Source: an uncultured Candidatus Binatia bacterium (GTDB lineage: Bacteria > Desulfobacterota > Binatia > UBA9968 > JAJDTQ01). From it: a stretch of DNA of 64,000 bases. Position 1 is the first letter of the stretch; the number at the start of each line of letters is the position of its first letter. Of this stretch, positions 13,128-21,982 are shown in pieces. A program made the translations under genes and the position numbers. A model generated the notes under the pieces. It searched no databases. It was not told the origin of the DNA and saw only the letters and a list, made by a program, of their open reading frames with translations. The stretch covers positions 3,109,902 to 3,173,901 of the forward strand of contig OZ241979.1 of assembly GCA_965204235.1 (NCBI GenBank). Reading direction: 5' to 3'.

Positions 13128-13690
13128 CAACTGTAGCCACAGAGGAACCGATACGAACAAGCGGCGCATAACTTGATACGTTTTGCCGATGGCGGATCAC
13201 TCTGCCTGCACAACTCCGAGAGTCTCTTGGCCAGTCGAAGCATTTCCTGCACCAACGCATCGCTTATCTTGACCGAGCGTATGCGTCGTTCTTCCAGAAT
13301 GCTGGTCTGTGCCCGCCAAGGTTGTCCGGTGGCAGCCCAAAGCAGCAACGCATAGAGCGCCGTCTGACGCGACACTGCCACCTGCGCGCCTGACCGTGCC
13401 TTTGCTTCGATAACGATACGATTGGCCCAATCGATCTGGTCCGGAAACAGTCCCATCAGCCCATCTACCGACCTGTCCCGCGGCTTGTTGATCTGATGAG
13501 CGACGATTCCGTTCGCCATCCGCTGGTCCATATGCGCGTAGTCGATGCGGTTAAGATGGAACCACGCCCGACGCTCACAAAGTGAAACGTGCTGGAAATG
13601 GAGACCATGCAAGTCTTCCGATTCCACGATCCTCGCGAACTCACGAACCTCGTCAGGCACTTTTCGACGCGAGTGGTTAGAAGACAACAT
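13127..13690 (-). CDS. cas4: CRISPR-associated exonuclease Cas4 (RecB-like nuclease with C-terminal Fe-S Cys cluster)
   Basis: The C-terminus CAACSYRFLCG plus an upstream Cys (…HFQHVSLCERRAW…) form the typical 4-Cys Cas4 arrangement. It has a RecB-like nuclease core. The start was chosen at MLSSNH (13690). In-frame starts at 13717 and 13792 are possible. Confidence 0.8.
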   Translation of the reverse strand: MLSSNHSRRKVPDEVREFARIVESEDLHGLHFQHVSLCERRAWFHLNRIDYAHMDQRMANGIVAHQINKPRDRSVDGLMGLFPDQIDWANRIVIEAKARSGAQVAVSRQTALYALLLWAATGQPWRAQTSILEERRIRSVKISDALVQEMLRLAKRLSELCRQSDPPSAKRIKLCAACSYRFLCGYS

Positions 13691-15659
13691 TGTTCCCTCC
13701 TTCGACCGGCGGTCCATCTTCCTCTGACGGAACGATACCCGACATTTCGACAAGTTTTCGTGCGGCTTCGAGCACCTTCCTCTGTTCCCCATCGAGTATC
13801 TGTCTGGACATCGCCTCCGCTTCGCGCAGCCAGCCCTTCTTGAGATCGCGCGCGTCCAGTTGGACTACGCTGCTCTTATGGGGGAAGATCGCATCCACGG
13901 ACATCATCCATTTCCTTCGGTCGCTACCGCGAATCGCTTCGTCCAGCCTGGAATCGAGATGCACCACCATTGAGCCGTCATCGTGGACGACTGCGGGCGC
14001 GCTGCAGAGATCTATATGCGAAGCGTAGATATTCCATGGGACATGCTTTGTCTTGCCGGTCGTATCCTTGACGGGCACGCTGGGCAGAATGACCCGGAGA
14101 CGTAGCGCTTCGTCGAGGAAGCGCTTCACCCAGCGTTGGGCCGAGTCCAGGCCGCTCCTCTCAATGACTTGGAGTCGTCCTCGGACGTACTTGGCTCGGA
14201 CCGGCGCAACGCTGGACAGCGTTCGCCGTTGGCCGCGGCCTATGTGGCCTGCGGACTCCAGGGCAGCCCAGAACACGGCTGCGCACCACACGGCTCGTTG
14301 CGGCATGCTGCCATAGATGCGCGGCGGTTCATCGCCGCCCAAATCGTTCGCGGCGAATCGTCGATGGTTGGCTTCGAGGACCGCGCCAGCGAATCGCCCG
14401 ACTTCGATGGGTGATCCATCGATAGGCAGACCGCCAACGTGCAGCAGCGTCTTTAGCCAAGCCCTGGTTTCGCGCGCTCCGCGGCTGACGCGAATCACCA
14501 CCTCGCCATTCTCGTCACCGCGAGCCACGCGCCCAGCTCGTTGCACCAGGGACGTCGCGTCATGTCCCGGGTCCGTGACCATCATTCTCGCACGAAAGGT
14601 AACGCCCATTTCGATGGACGACGTGGCGACCAATGCCTTGTAACTCATCGGATCGCAATCTCTCCCGACGTCAAACAAGGTGTCGTGGCCGGCGCCCGAA
14701 TCGACTGAATCGTCGATGCTGTTGATGGCGAGCCTCTGTCCCCTCTCCACCCCGATGTGATCGAACCACTTGGCGAGGTCTTCCTTTTCCCGGTTCAGGT
14801 CCCCGAGCGAATCGTACACCACAACGATCTGCTTTCCCTCGGTGAGACAAGCTTTCGCCGAGTCCTCCCTCGAACACAATGCTTCCACCATGCTTTCGCA
14901 CTCGACGAACTGATAAGAGACATCGCCATGCACGGCACGGGCATTACCGGTGTCCTCCTTCGGGCCGGTGATTATTTCCTCGGACCCCGTTGATGCCTGG
15001 ATGGTCGTGTCGAATGCCGCCAACGGCTTTGCAACATCGATTGGCGTAGCGCTGAGAAACGTGACTTGTGCGGCCTCCGGTAAAGCAGAGGCGAATCTCG
15101 TCACCACCGCCGCCAGACCCAAACCACGTGCGTCGATGGTGTGGAATTCATCGAATACGATATGGTCGAACCGCATCAAGTCGGTGACGTCTATCGGCAT
15201 GACCCCATGTGGACGAGATGAGGGGCGAAGCAGAAGCCATGCGACGGACTCGGGCGTTGCAATCACAATGCAACCGCCTTCAGGCAGCTCGTATCCCCGG
15301 ACTTGTCGGAGGCGCAGCCTGCCGACGTCGAGACTCGGATTCTCCTGTCTCAGACGCGCTCGCTCGTCCGACGTCCAAATGGCGATCCTACCCACATCTC
15401 CCGACCTTCGGTTCAGGTCTTCAGCTATCGAGCGTGCAAGATTCTGGGCCAGTCGACGAGTTGGCACCACGAACAGGACACGCTTGTCCTGATGGACAAC
15501 GGCGTGCTGAAAGGCGTAGCTCTTGCCCGCTCCGGTAGGGGCGGAGAAAATCCGTACCCGCGCCGGGTCTTCGAGCAGCCATCGTTGGCGTGGGGACAGT
15601 CCGTCAACACCGGTCGGTACGCAATGTCGGACTACCCGGAAATCAGGGAGGTCGGGCAT
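13677..15659 (-). CDS. cas3: Cas3' helicase (SF2 DExH helicase without an HD domain)
   Basis: 660 aa. Walker A FSAPTGAGKSYA is about 40 aa from the N-terminus. Motif II is VFDEFH, with the SAT-like motif LSATP and C-terminal helicase motifs. No HD motifs anywhere in the protein. Confidence 0.85.
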   Translation of the reverse strand: MPDLPDFRVVRHCVPTGVDGLSPRQRWLLEDPARVRIFSAPTGAGKSYAFQHAVVHQDKRVLFVVPTRRLAQNLARSIAEDLNRRSGDVGRIAIWTSDERARLRQENPSLDVGRLRLRQVRGYELPEGGCIVIATPESVAWLLLRPSSRPHGVMPIDVTDLMRFDHIVFDEFHTIDARGLGLAAVVTRFASALPEAAQVTFLSATPIDVAKPLAAFDTTIQASTGSEEIITGPKEDTGNARAVHGDVSYQFVECESMVEALCSREDSAKACLTEGKQIVVVYDSLGDLNREKEDLAKWFDHIGVERGQRLAINSIDDSVDSGAGHDTLFDVGRDCDPMSYKALVATSSIEMGVTFRARMMVTDPGHDATSLVQRAGRVARGDENGEVVIRVSRGARETRAWLKTLLHVGGLPIDGSPIEVGRFAGAVLEANHRRFAANDLGGDEPPRIYGSMPQRAVWCAAVFWAALESAGHIGRGQRRTLSSVAPVRAKYVRGRLQVIERSGLDSAQRWVKRFLDEALRLRVILPSVPVKDTTGKTKHVPWNIYASHIDLCSAPAVVHDDGSMVVHLDSRLDEAIRGSDRRKWMMSVDAIFPHKSSVVQLDARDLKKGWLREAEAMSRQILDGEQRKVLEAARKLVEMSGIVPSEEDGPPVEGGNNVVF

Positions 15660-15660
15660 G

Positions 15661-16359
15661 TCAGTCGCCGACGAAAGGGGGCCACGTTCCGACTATCTCC
15701 GCTGCAACGGCGAGAGGCACGGGGATGGTGACCTGGATGTCATGGAGCGCATAGACCGCCACCTTCATCCGCGGGTCGCCATCCACATCGTACCCTGCCA
15801 AGTCGGCAGTCCAGGCGTTGAGCCTTACCCTTACTTCCCTGTCTTGGATAGGTGTACGTTCGAGTCTGAGCAGGCCGCTGAGATGCCGTCCCGTACGGAG
15901 TACGAGACAGTCCACGTCACGGTCGTCTGCTTCACTCGCAAGGGCGAACGGGTCGGGGCCAAATATCGCGCCGTCGTAAACGGTGTTGGGAGGCACTTCC
16001 TGAACGGAAAACCAGGTCTTGAGATTGCCAGTGCCGGTCGCGTCTTGAAGCCGCTTCTGGTAACCTCCCTCTTCGTCCAGGTTCAGCCGTTTTCCCAACG
16101 GACTCATGAGGCTCGGCTCGCGCGCCTCGAATACGGAGGCGATCCACGGCAACGCGAGCAGGTCGCGCCGATAATCCTTCCGAGGCAACGCCGGGGATGC
16201 GGCGAGGGCGCCCATCGCAGCCGCAAGAGCGTAACTGATGGCGCGGTCGGCAAGGTAAGGCGCCAGCGTCGCCGTACCCGAAGGTACGGCAAGGCTGTGA
16301 TAATGGAACGGCGCCAACGTAGTCGCACGAACCGGCGTAGCTGTCGGTGGACTCGTCAT
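15661..16359 (-). CDS. cas5: Cas5 family protein (Csc1/Cas5d-like, about 230 aa)
   Basis: 232 aa, sits between cas7 and cas3'. Gly-rich and RAMP-like. The size matches Csc1. The assignment rests mainly on position and size. Confidence 0.6.
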   Translation of the reverse strand: MTSPPTATPVRATTLAPFHYHSLAVPSGTATLAPYLADRAISYALAAAMGALAASPALPRKDYRRDLLALPWIASVFEAREPSLMSPLGKRLNLDEEGGYQKRLQDATGTGNLKTWFSVQEVPPNTVYDGAIFGPDPFALASEADDRDVDCLVLRTGRHLSGLLRLERTPIQDREVRVRLNAWTADLAGYDVDGDPRMKVAVYALHDIQVTIPVPLAVAAEIVGTWPPFVGD

Positions 16360-17375
16360 CTCCTTCCAAATCCATCAAACCAGCTATCGAAGAACTCTCC
16401 CACCTTTGCGTCCACGTCGCTGTAGCGTTGCCGCATGGCCGAGTCGTCCGCTTCGAGGTGTGCGATCATGTCCGACTGAAGAGCTTGTACGTCGCTACCC
16501 GCAAGCCTCGTCGAGTATGCTGCCGAGAATTGCCGGTCCAGTTCATCCTTCACCACGGAAGCGGTCATCTCCTCGACATCCTCCATACTTTCGTGAAGTT
16601 TACGCAATGCAACGTAGGGGCTTGCGACATCGCGTTCGAGACGAGCGCCGTAGATGCCAATAACGTGGTTACGGACGTTGATGCCGTAGATGGACGTCTG
16701 ACCACCGTAGGCGCCAGCCAAGCCGATGGCGAGCAGCAGATGCTCCAGTGCAACCGGCGGCGCAGTCCTGCCGTTAAACGATATGGTCTGGATCAACAAC
16801 GTACCTGGTAGCAGGATGTGACGCTCGAAGATGTTGGACGAGTTCTTCTTGTCTTCCGCATCGAACAGCGTGCCATCCTCGGCTGCCCTGTTGTGGAAAG
16901 TGCTTTCGACGCAATCCGCGTAAGGTTGCACGGACAGAGCATCCGAATACTGCGCCGCGGCCTTGACCGGCAGCACGCGGTTGCCGTGGTTGGCGCTGTC
17001 ACCAAAGATCACCGTGTTGAGATCGTACCTCGTGCTTGGTCGATCCCCAACGGAGAAGGCCGTCTTGTTCTGCGGTTGCCGTCCGCCGGCGTCGAAATAC
17101 CGCAGCACTTGCAGTCCTCGCGCCCGTTCACCATACTTGAACTTGTTGGCGACCGCGCGAACACGGCGCTTGCCGACCAAATCCAGGATGTCGGTGATCT
17201 CGGGCTCGGCGTTCCGGAAGGATGCCGGCGCAATGACTTCCCGCACCAGCGGAACGACCACGGAGCCAAGATTCTTCAACGCCGGCTGGACATACTCCTT
17301 GCCCTTGTCGTCCTTGGCCGTTGCCAACATCCGGTCGAGGTCTCCAAGGTACGGGTGGATCGTGTCGAGACTCAT
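16356..17375 (-). CDS. cas7: Cas7 family backbone protein (Csc2/Cas7d-like)
   Basis: ATG at 17375 (MSLDTIHPYLGDL…) with a GGAGGAG RBS 7 nt upstream. The annotated ORF start at 17525 is probably spurious. About 340 aa, RAMP-like Gly-rich segments. ATGA-type overlap with cas5. Confidence 0.65.
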   Translation of the reverse strand: MSLDTIHPYLGDLDRMLATAKDDKGKEYVQPALKNLGSVVVPLVREVIAPASFRNAEPEITDILDLVGKRRVRAVANKFKYGERARGLQVLRYFDAGGRQPQNKTAFSVGDRPSTRYDLNTVIFGDSANHGNRVLPVKAAAQYSDALSVQPYADCVESTFHNRAAEDGTLFDAEDKKNSSNIFERHILLPGTLLIQTISFNGRTAPPVALEHLLLAIGLAGAYGGQTSIYGINVRNHVIGIYGARLERDVASPYVALRKLHESMEDVEEMTASVVKDELDRQFSAAYSTRLAGSDVQALQSDMIAHLEADDSAMRQRYSDVDAKVGEFFDSWFDGFGRR

Positions 17376-17392
17376 TCTTGCTCCTCCATCAG

Positions 17393-20272
17393 TTACGGGG
17401 CATTGGTTTCGTCCGATTTGTACTGCGCGGCGCGCGCGGCGCGCTCGAAGCTGATTCTGTAGATCGCCAGGGCGATCCGTCGTTGTCGCGTGGAAGGAAA
17501 GCGGCATCGAAACGCCACAGGCCACACGGCGTCGATGAAGAGCCGTGCGGCTTCTTCCACGGCCGTGTGCGACGCCGACTTGCGCCGCATAAAGAGGTCC
17601 TTCCGTTCAAGTTCTTTCGAGAGCGAACCGGCGACCGCGGCAGCCAGACTCTCCGGGGAAGTCTGGCCTAGCTGCGATGCGCTCTCAACGGCCTCCAGGG
17701 CGAGTCGGAAACCCAATTCCGAAATAGTGTCGCCATCGGAGAAGATTGGCGCTCGCTGCACATGGCTCATCGCCTCGGCGTAACGGATGATGACGTCGTC
17801 GGTCTTGGTGTGCATGTCGGTGTCCTCAATCAGTTTCAAGAGTGAGTATTCCAGATAGGCGGGAGGCGGTGGCCCTTGGCCAGTGACCAAGCGTTTGATT
17901 CCGACAACCGCTTCACAAGCAGCACCGAAGCGGGTCTGAGGGTCCGCGACGCGGGCAGCGATCTCTAGACCCAATCCCCGAGCCGAGGCGACATCTTCGA
18001 CCAGGCGAAGCAGCTCGATCTTGGACGGCAGTTCTTCCAAACGGAAGGATGCGCCTCCCAGCGCAACGACCAAAGGAGGCGGCAAGAAGTCGAAGCTCAC
18101 GAAGGCCGGGTTCGGCCGCGGCAGGCCGCGAAAGACATGTAGCGGGCGTCCCATTCGTCGAGCGGCCTCGAAGACCATCTTGACGAAGGAGACGATGCCA
18201 ATGTTCTGACCGCGTGATACCATGCGGGAAGGCAGCGATTCGTAGCGGCCGATGAGGTGACGGCGTTCAATGACATCCACGGCGCGGAACTCAGGTACAT
18301 CCGGCTTCCTCTTTTCACGCAGCACCTCGGTCAACGCAAACTCCACCGGCAGTTCGTCGGTCTGGTAAACCAAGCTGCCGAACAAGCCTCCCGTGGTTGG
18401 CGACGAAACGAAAACCGGGATCTCGGCCCGCCCCGACCGTCTAGCTCTACGGCTCCGTAGCTGATGCTCGGCCTGCGCAAGAGGAGAGACCAGTGTCTCG
18501 GCTCTTGTCCTGCTGAACGACTCACGGCGACCTTCCCGACCCGAGAACGCACTCACGTTGAGGCCGTAGAGGCCGGTCGCAAGTTCGATCCGCGAACTGC
18601 GCGGCACAGGAGTGTTGGTAAAGTGGCAACGCCCCTCCGCGTTCTCGTCGGCCCTCACGACACTGCCTCGAGCTGCCGCAAGGAACCAATCGCACACCGG
18701 AGTAGCGAACCGCTCCCGCGAGCCGTCGATCTCTGGTAACAAACCGCCGCGCTCCGAAGTGCCACGCAGCCATTGATCCACCACTCCGCCTTTCTCAAGC
18801 AACGGGCAATCACCCCGGGTTGCCGCCGCGGCCAAGGCCGCAAGCAGGTTGCGACGACTGATGTCGTGGTCAAGTGCAATTAACCATTCCGGAACATGGA
18901 CGCCCATCTGGTCGAGGAAATGGAACAACTCCTTCTCCCTCGTTTCGACGTCCGGCGCGCTGGCGTCCAAAGCGCGATGGGGCGCCTTGCATCCCAAGGC
19001 GATGGCGACCGTAGCGGCCCGTACGACGAAGGTCCCCTCCTCATCTCCTTCGTCCCCTCCCGATCCCGGCCAAGGTGTAACGAATCGTCCGGTGTGCTTG
19101 TCGAAGTCCGGCCACCGCGGCGGCAGCGCGTATCCGGCAAAGAGGCCATCGATCCGCTGCCTTTCGTCCATTCCGTCATCGGAGGCCACGCAATCGACGG
19201 AGATCTGCAACGACCTGCGGGCCGTGGCTGGATCCCTATCGAGATGGTGGTAGAGGTCGTGCACGTCTTTCCCGCCGTCGCGGATATCGGAGGTGCCTCG
19301 GGCGCTGATGTGGACGCGCAAAGGCAGGTCGAAAACGCCAGCCAGTTTATCGAGAGCGGCACCATACGCCTCGTCGAATCCTTCCTCGGGCGCCACGAGC
19401 AAGAGTTCGCCGTCGTGATGGACTTCGATCAGGGGAGGATGTCCATATCGCTCGACAGATGCGCAAGAAAACGCGCTTTGCAGCTCGTCCAGGAGAAAAG
19501 GTGTATGCGGCGACGTAATCTTCGCCGCACGCCAGCCACGCAGCACGTCCGTGCGCAAGTTGTCGAACCGCTGCAATTCGTTGACGACCTCGTCTACGCC
19601 CCTGCGGGTATCCAGGTAAATGCCGTCGAGGCGGTCCGCCAACGTCACATAGGCACAGTCGCCGATCTCCCGGTTGGTGAGCAACGGTCCGCCGGGCCGT
19701 ACTCGACCGGCCCGCGTGAGTTCCACTTGGTCGATCAGGGAAGCCATGCGTTCGGGGTCGATCTTGTTGCCTGCCACCGAGAGAAATTGGTCGATGCGGT
19801 AAACCCGCATGAGTTCGCCGACCTTGCCGGGATCCAGTTCTTCGCGACGGTCCTGCTCCAACATTTTGTCCGCGTCGTGCAGGAAGGCGACCGCCGCCAC
19901 TACGACGAGGCGACGCCGCAGATCCGGCAAGGGCGTCCTCGCCGCCTTGAGGTCGATTTCCGCAAATACCAGCGCCCCGCGAACCACACTGGACAGGTGT
20001 TCGATGAGGCTTACGTTGACGAACGGTTCGCGTTGCTGCTTGAACGTGCGCTGGTCAGGGAGCCAGCCTCCTTTCCCCGACAACGTTGCTAGGTGCGGCG
20101 GCCTGGAATCGACCCGGACTCCTCCTTCGATCTCTTTTCTCCGTTCGTCGCCGAGCGGACGGGCGCCCCCGCGGTCCCGCTCACCGGTAGAGAACACGCC
20201 GTCCCTGACAACGTGCTTCAGGAAGTCTCGATAGACATCCCTGGCTTTGTCAATGGTTGGGGCGGCCGTCAT
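17393..20272 (-). CDS. cas10d: Cas10d-like large subunit with N-terminal HD nuclease domain
   Basis: About 960 aa. HD motifs near the N-terminus: …SLIEHLSSVV… and …VAFLHDADKM…. A Cys pair (PVCDWF…GRCHF) looks Zn-finger-like. Start MTAAPTID at 20272 overlaps the cas6 stop (ATGA). Confidence 0.75.
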   Translation of the reverse strand: MTAAPTIDKARDVYRDFLKHVVRDGVFSTGERDRGGARPLGDERRKEIEGGVRVDSRPPHLATLSGKGGWLPDQRTFKQQREPFVNVSLIEHLSSVVRGALVFAEIDLKAARTPLPDLRRRLVVVAAVAFLHDADKMLEQDRREELDPGKVGELMRVYRIDQFLSVAGNKIDPERMASLIDQVELTRAGRVRPGGPLLTNREIGDCAYVTLADRLDGIYLDTRRGVDEVVNELQRFDNLRTDVLRGWRAAKITSPHTPFLLDELQSAFSCASVERYGHPPLIEVHHDGELLLVAPEEGFDEAYGAALDKLAGVFDLPLRVHISARGTSDIRDGGKDVHDLYHHLDRDPATARRSLQISVDCVASDDGMDERQRIDGLFAGYALPPRWPDFDKHTGRFVTPWPGSGGDEGDEEGTFVVRAATVAIALGCKAPHRALDASAPDVETREKELFHFLDQMGVHVPEWLIALDHDISRRNLLAALAAAATRGDCPLLEKGGVVDQWLRGTSERGGLLPEIDGSRERFATPVCDWFLAAARGSVVRADENAEGRCHFTNTPVPRSSRIELATGLYGLNVSAFSGREGRRESFSRTRAETLVSPLAQAEHQLRSRRARRSGRAEIPVFVSSPTTGGLFGSLVYQTDELPVEFALTEVLREKRKPDVPEFRAVDVIERRHLIGRYESLPSRMVSRGQNIGIVSFVKMVFEAARRMGRPLHVFRGLPRPNPAFVSFDFLPPPLVVALGGASFRLEELPSKIELLRLVEDVASARGLGLEIAARVADPQTRFGAACEAVVGIKRLVTGQGPPPPAYLEYSLLKLIEDTDMHTKTDDVIIRYAEAMSHVQRAPIFSDGDTISELGFRLALEAVESASQLGQTSPESLAAAVAGSLSKELERKDLFMRRKSASHTAVEEAARLFIDAVWPVAFRCRFPSTRQRRIALAIYRISFERAARAAQYKSDETNAP

Positions 20273-20979
20273 CGCAGCATCACCGGGCACCCAAAGCCGC
20301 CGCGGGTCTTTGCGCCAAGACCCGCAAAGTAGGCGAAACGCACATCGTCCGGCCTGCCTCGGACCGTGAGCGGCATGGAAAATGCGGGTATGAGAATGCG
20401 TCTGCTCCCCGCCTGGCGTGTGGGAACGAGGCGACGCCGACCATCGACCGCTCGCGTCAGCGGGTCGACTTGGAAGTCGATGTCCAGATCGCGGCTCGCA
20501 CGTCTTTGCAGACCGGCGCGCAACGCGGCGGCGAGGTCCACGCCGTCAAGGTCATCGTGGAACTCCGTCTTCGTACGACCGGCCTTGGGCTTGATGATCG
20601 CGAAGGGACTGCCGAAGGCAACAGCCAGTTCAGACACGGCACCGTGGGGTAACCTCGCCTCGTCCTCGATTTTCGCACCCTTGAAGTCCAGTATGTCGCC
20701 ATTGGACGAGTGCGCGCACATCGCGGCCGGGTTCAACCTGCGCAGTGCATCAGCCAATTGCACGTCCGGTGTAGATACCGTAAGGCCGGATACGAAGGTC
20801 AGGCCGCCAAGCTGCGAGAAGCCCTTGACGGCGAACGTCCAGGGCACGGCCTTTGAGCCAACCACGCTGGCGGACGCGGCTCCAGCGTCCACCAGTCCTG
20901 CGACGATGGCCGCGTTGACTGAATCCAGATAGAGAAATCGAGGTGACGGAGGGTCGAAAACCAAACGAATCCTGTGCAT
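20269..20979 (-). CDS. cas6: Cas6 crRNA endoribonuclease
   Basis: 236 aa. The C-terminal glycine-rich loop GLGAKTRGGFGCP matches the Cas6 GhGxxxxxGhG signature. First gene of the minus-strand cas operon. Confidence 0.8.
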   Translation of the reverse strand: MHRIRLVFDPPSPRFLYLDSVNAAIVAGLVDAGAASASVVGSKAVPWTFAVKGFSQLGGLTFVSGLTVSTPDVQLADALRRLNPAAMCAHSSNGDILDFKGAKIEDEARLPHGAVSELAVAFGSPFAIIKPKAGRTKTEFHDDLDGVDLAAALRAGLQRRASRDLDIDFQVDPLTRAVDGRRRLVPTRQAGSRRILIPAFSMPLTVRGRPDDVRFAYFAGLGAKTRGGFGCPVMLR

Positions 20980-21045
20980 AGCCGGTTCTCCCTTCGACTT
21001 GCCAACACCATATACTTGTCCTCTGCTATATGCAAGGACCCTATC

Positions 21046-21062
21046 TGTGATAAAATATCACA
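21046..21062. promoter_or_regulatory. perfect 7-3-7 inverted repeat TGTGATAaaaTATCACA in the divergent cas6 / regulator intergenic region; candidate operator
   Basis: Read directly from the sequence at 21046..21062. It lies 3 nt upstream of the regulator ATG (21065) and about 70 nt upstream of the cas6 start (20979), in an AT-rich 85-bp divergent promoter region. Confidence 0.55.
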
Positions 21063-21064
21063 TC

Positions 21065-21898
21065 ATGAAAGGCAACAAATTCATTAGCGCCATCTCGGTA
21101 TTCGAGTTCCTGGCGTTCTGGCGTGGCGGCGTAACGGCGAAAGAGCTGGGACGGTTCTTGGGCATGAGCCGTGAGGCGGCCCAGCGGTCCGTGGTTGGGC
21201 GGTACAAAGACGAGTTTCCGCAAGCAACAGTGATCAGGGAGGGCCGCACATACATCGACGGAGACGCCTACAGCTTGAAGGCATCTCCCTGGAAGGTCGC
21301 TGACCTCATCAACTTCACGAGCGCCGTTCATGCCTTCGCGGACGCCATCGGCAAGGAGTCTCCACTCGACGTGCCCATCGAAGATGTCGTCAGTTCTGTC
21401 AACAACGAGGGCGAGGTTGAGGGGGTTCGCGCGCTGTACGGCGCCACCGCCCATCGGCGGACCGTGTACCTCGACTACCGTGCGAAACGAGGGCGCATCC
21501 AGTTGGTTTTCAGCCCTCACGCGGTGGTCCGGACGCCGATGCGTATCCATTTCCGCGGCCATGCCGTCTGGCTTTCCGACAACGAGAGCCGATACATCGA
21601 TGTCGTGCCGGGACGGATCATCAAGGGCACATTGGGTGGCACGGACGAATACATCGGATCGGCGAACGACGTCGAATGGCGCCAACGCACTTCCATCGTC
21701 GCCGAGATCAATCCACGCCTTCCCGACGAGGTCAAGGAGAGCGTGAAGCAGGAGTACGCCTGCGACGATCTATTGGTGATAGAAGGCGTGAGGAAAGCTG
21801 TGGCTCATTACGTTGTGGATTGGCTGACCGGACGCAGACTGCATGGTGTCTCTGAACCCATCTGGAGGCTCTCAGAGAAAAGTCTGCGCAAGTCCTGA
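21065..21898 (+). CDS. HTH transcriptional regulator, WYL-domain-like (putative CRISPR-Cas regulator)
   Basis: N-terminal wHTH (ISAISVFEFLAFWRGGVTAKELGRFLGMSREAAQRSV), followed by a beta-rich domain with W/Y/L-containing segments (RRTVYLDY…HAVWLSDNESRYIDVVPGRIIKG). Divergent from the cas operon. Type I-D loci are known to carry a WYL repressor (Synechocystis sll7009). Confidence 0.5.
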   Translation: MKGNKFISAISVFEFLAFWRGGVTAKELGRFLGMSREAAQRSVVGRYKDEFPQATVIREGRTYIDGDAYSLKASPWKVADLINFTSAVHAFADAIGKESPLDVPIEDVVSSVNNEGEVEGVRALYGATAHRRTVYLDYRAKRGRIQLVFSPHAVVRTPMRIHFRGHAVWLSDNESRYIDVVPGRIIKGTLGGTDEYIGSANDVEWRQRTSIVAEINPRLPDEVKESVKQEYACDDLLVIEGVRKAVAHYVVDWLTGRRLHGVSEPIWRLSEKSLRKS

Positions 21899-21982
21899 AC
21901 TTTGCCGACTTTGCCGCAATGTATCCGGTCTCGGCACAAGGAGGCAGGTGACGCGGGCGACGTCTTCGGCGGCCGGCGTCGC

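Noticed and set aside
20999-21064. N-terminal extension of the regulator ORF to 20999 (MPTPYTCPLLYARTLSVIKYHI-)
   Set aside because: It would overlap the cas6 start region and the AT-rich promoter and palindrome. The internal ATG at 21065 immediately precedes the HTH and is the more plausible start.
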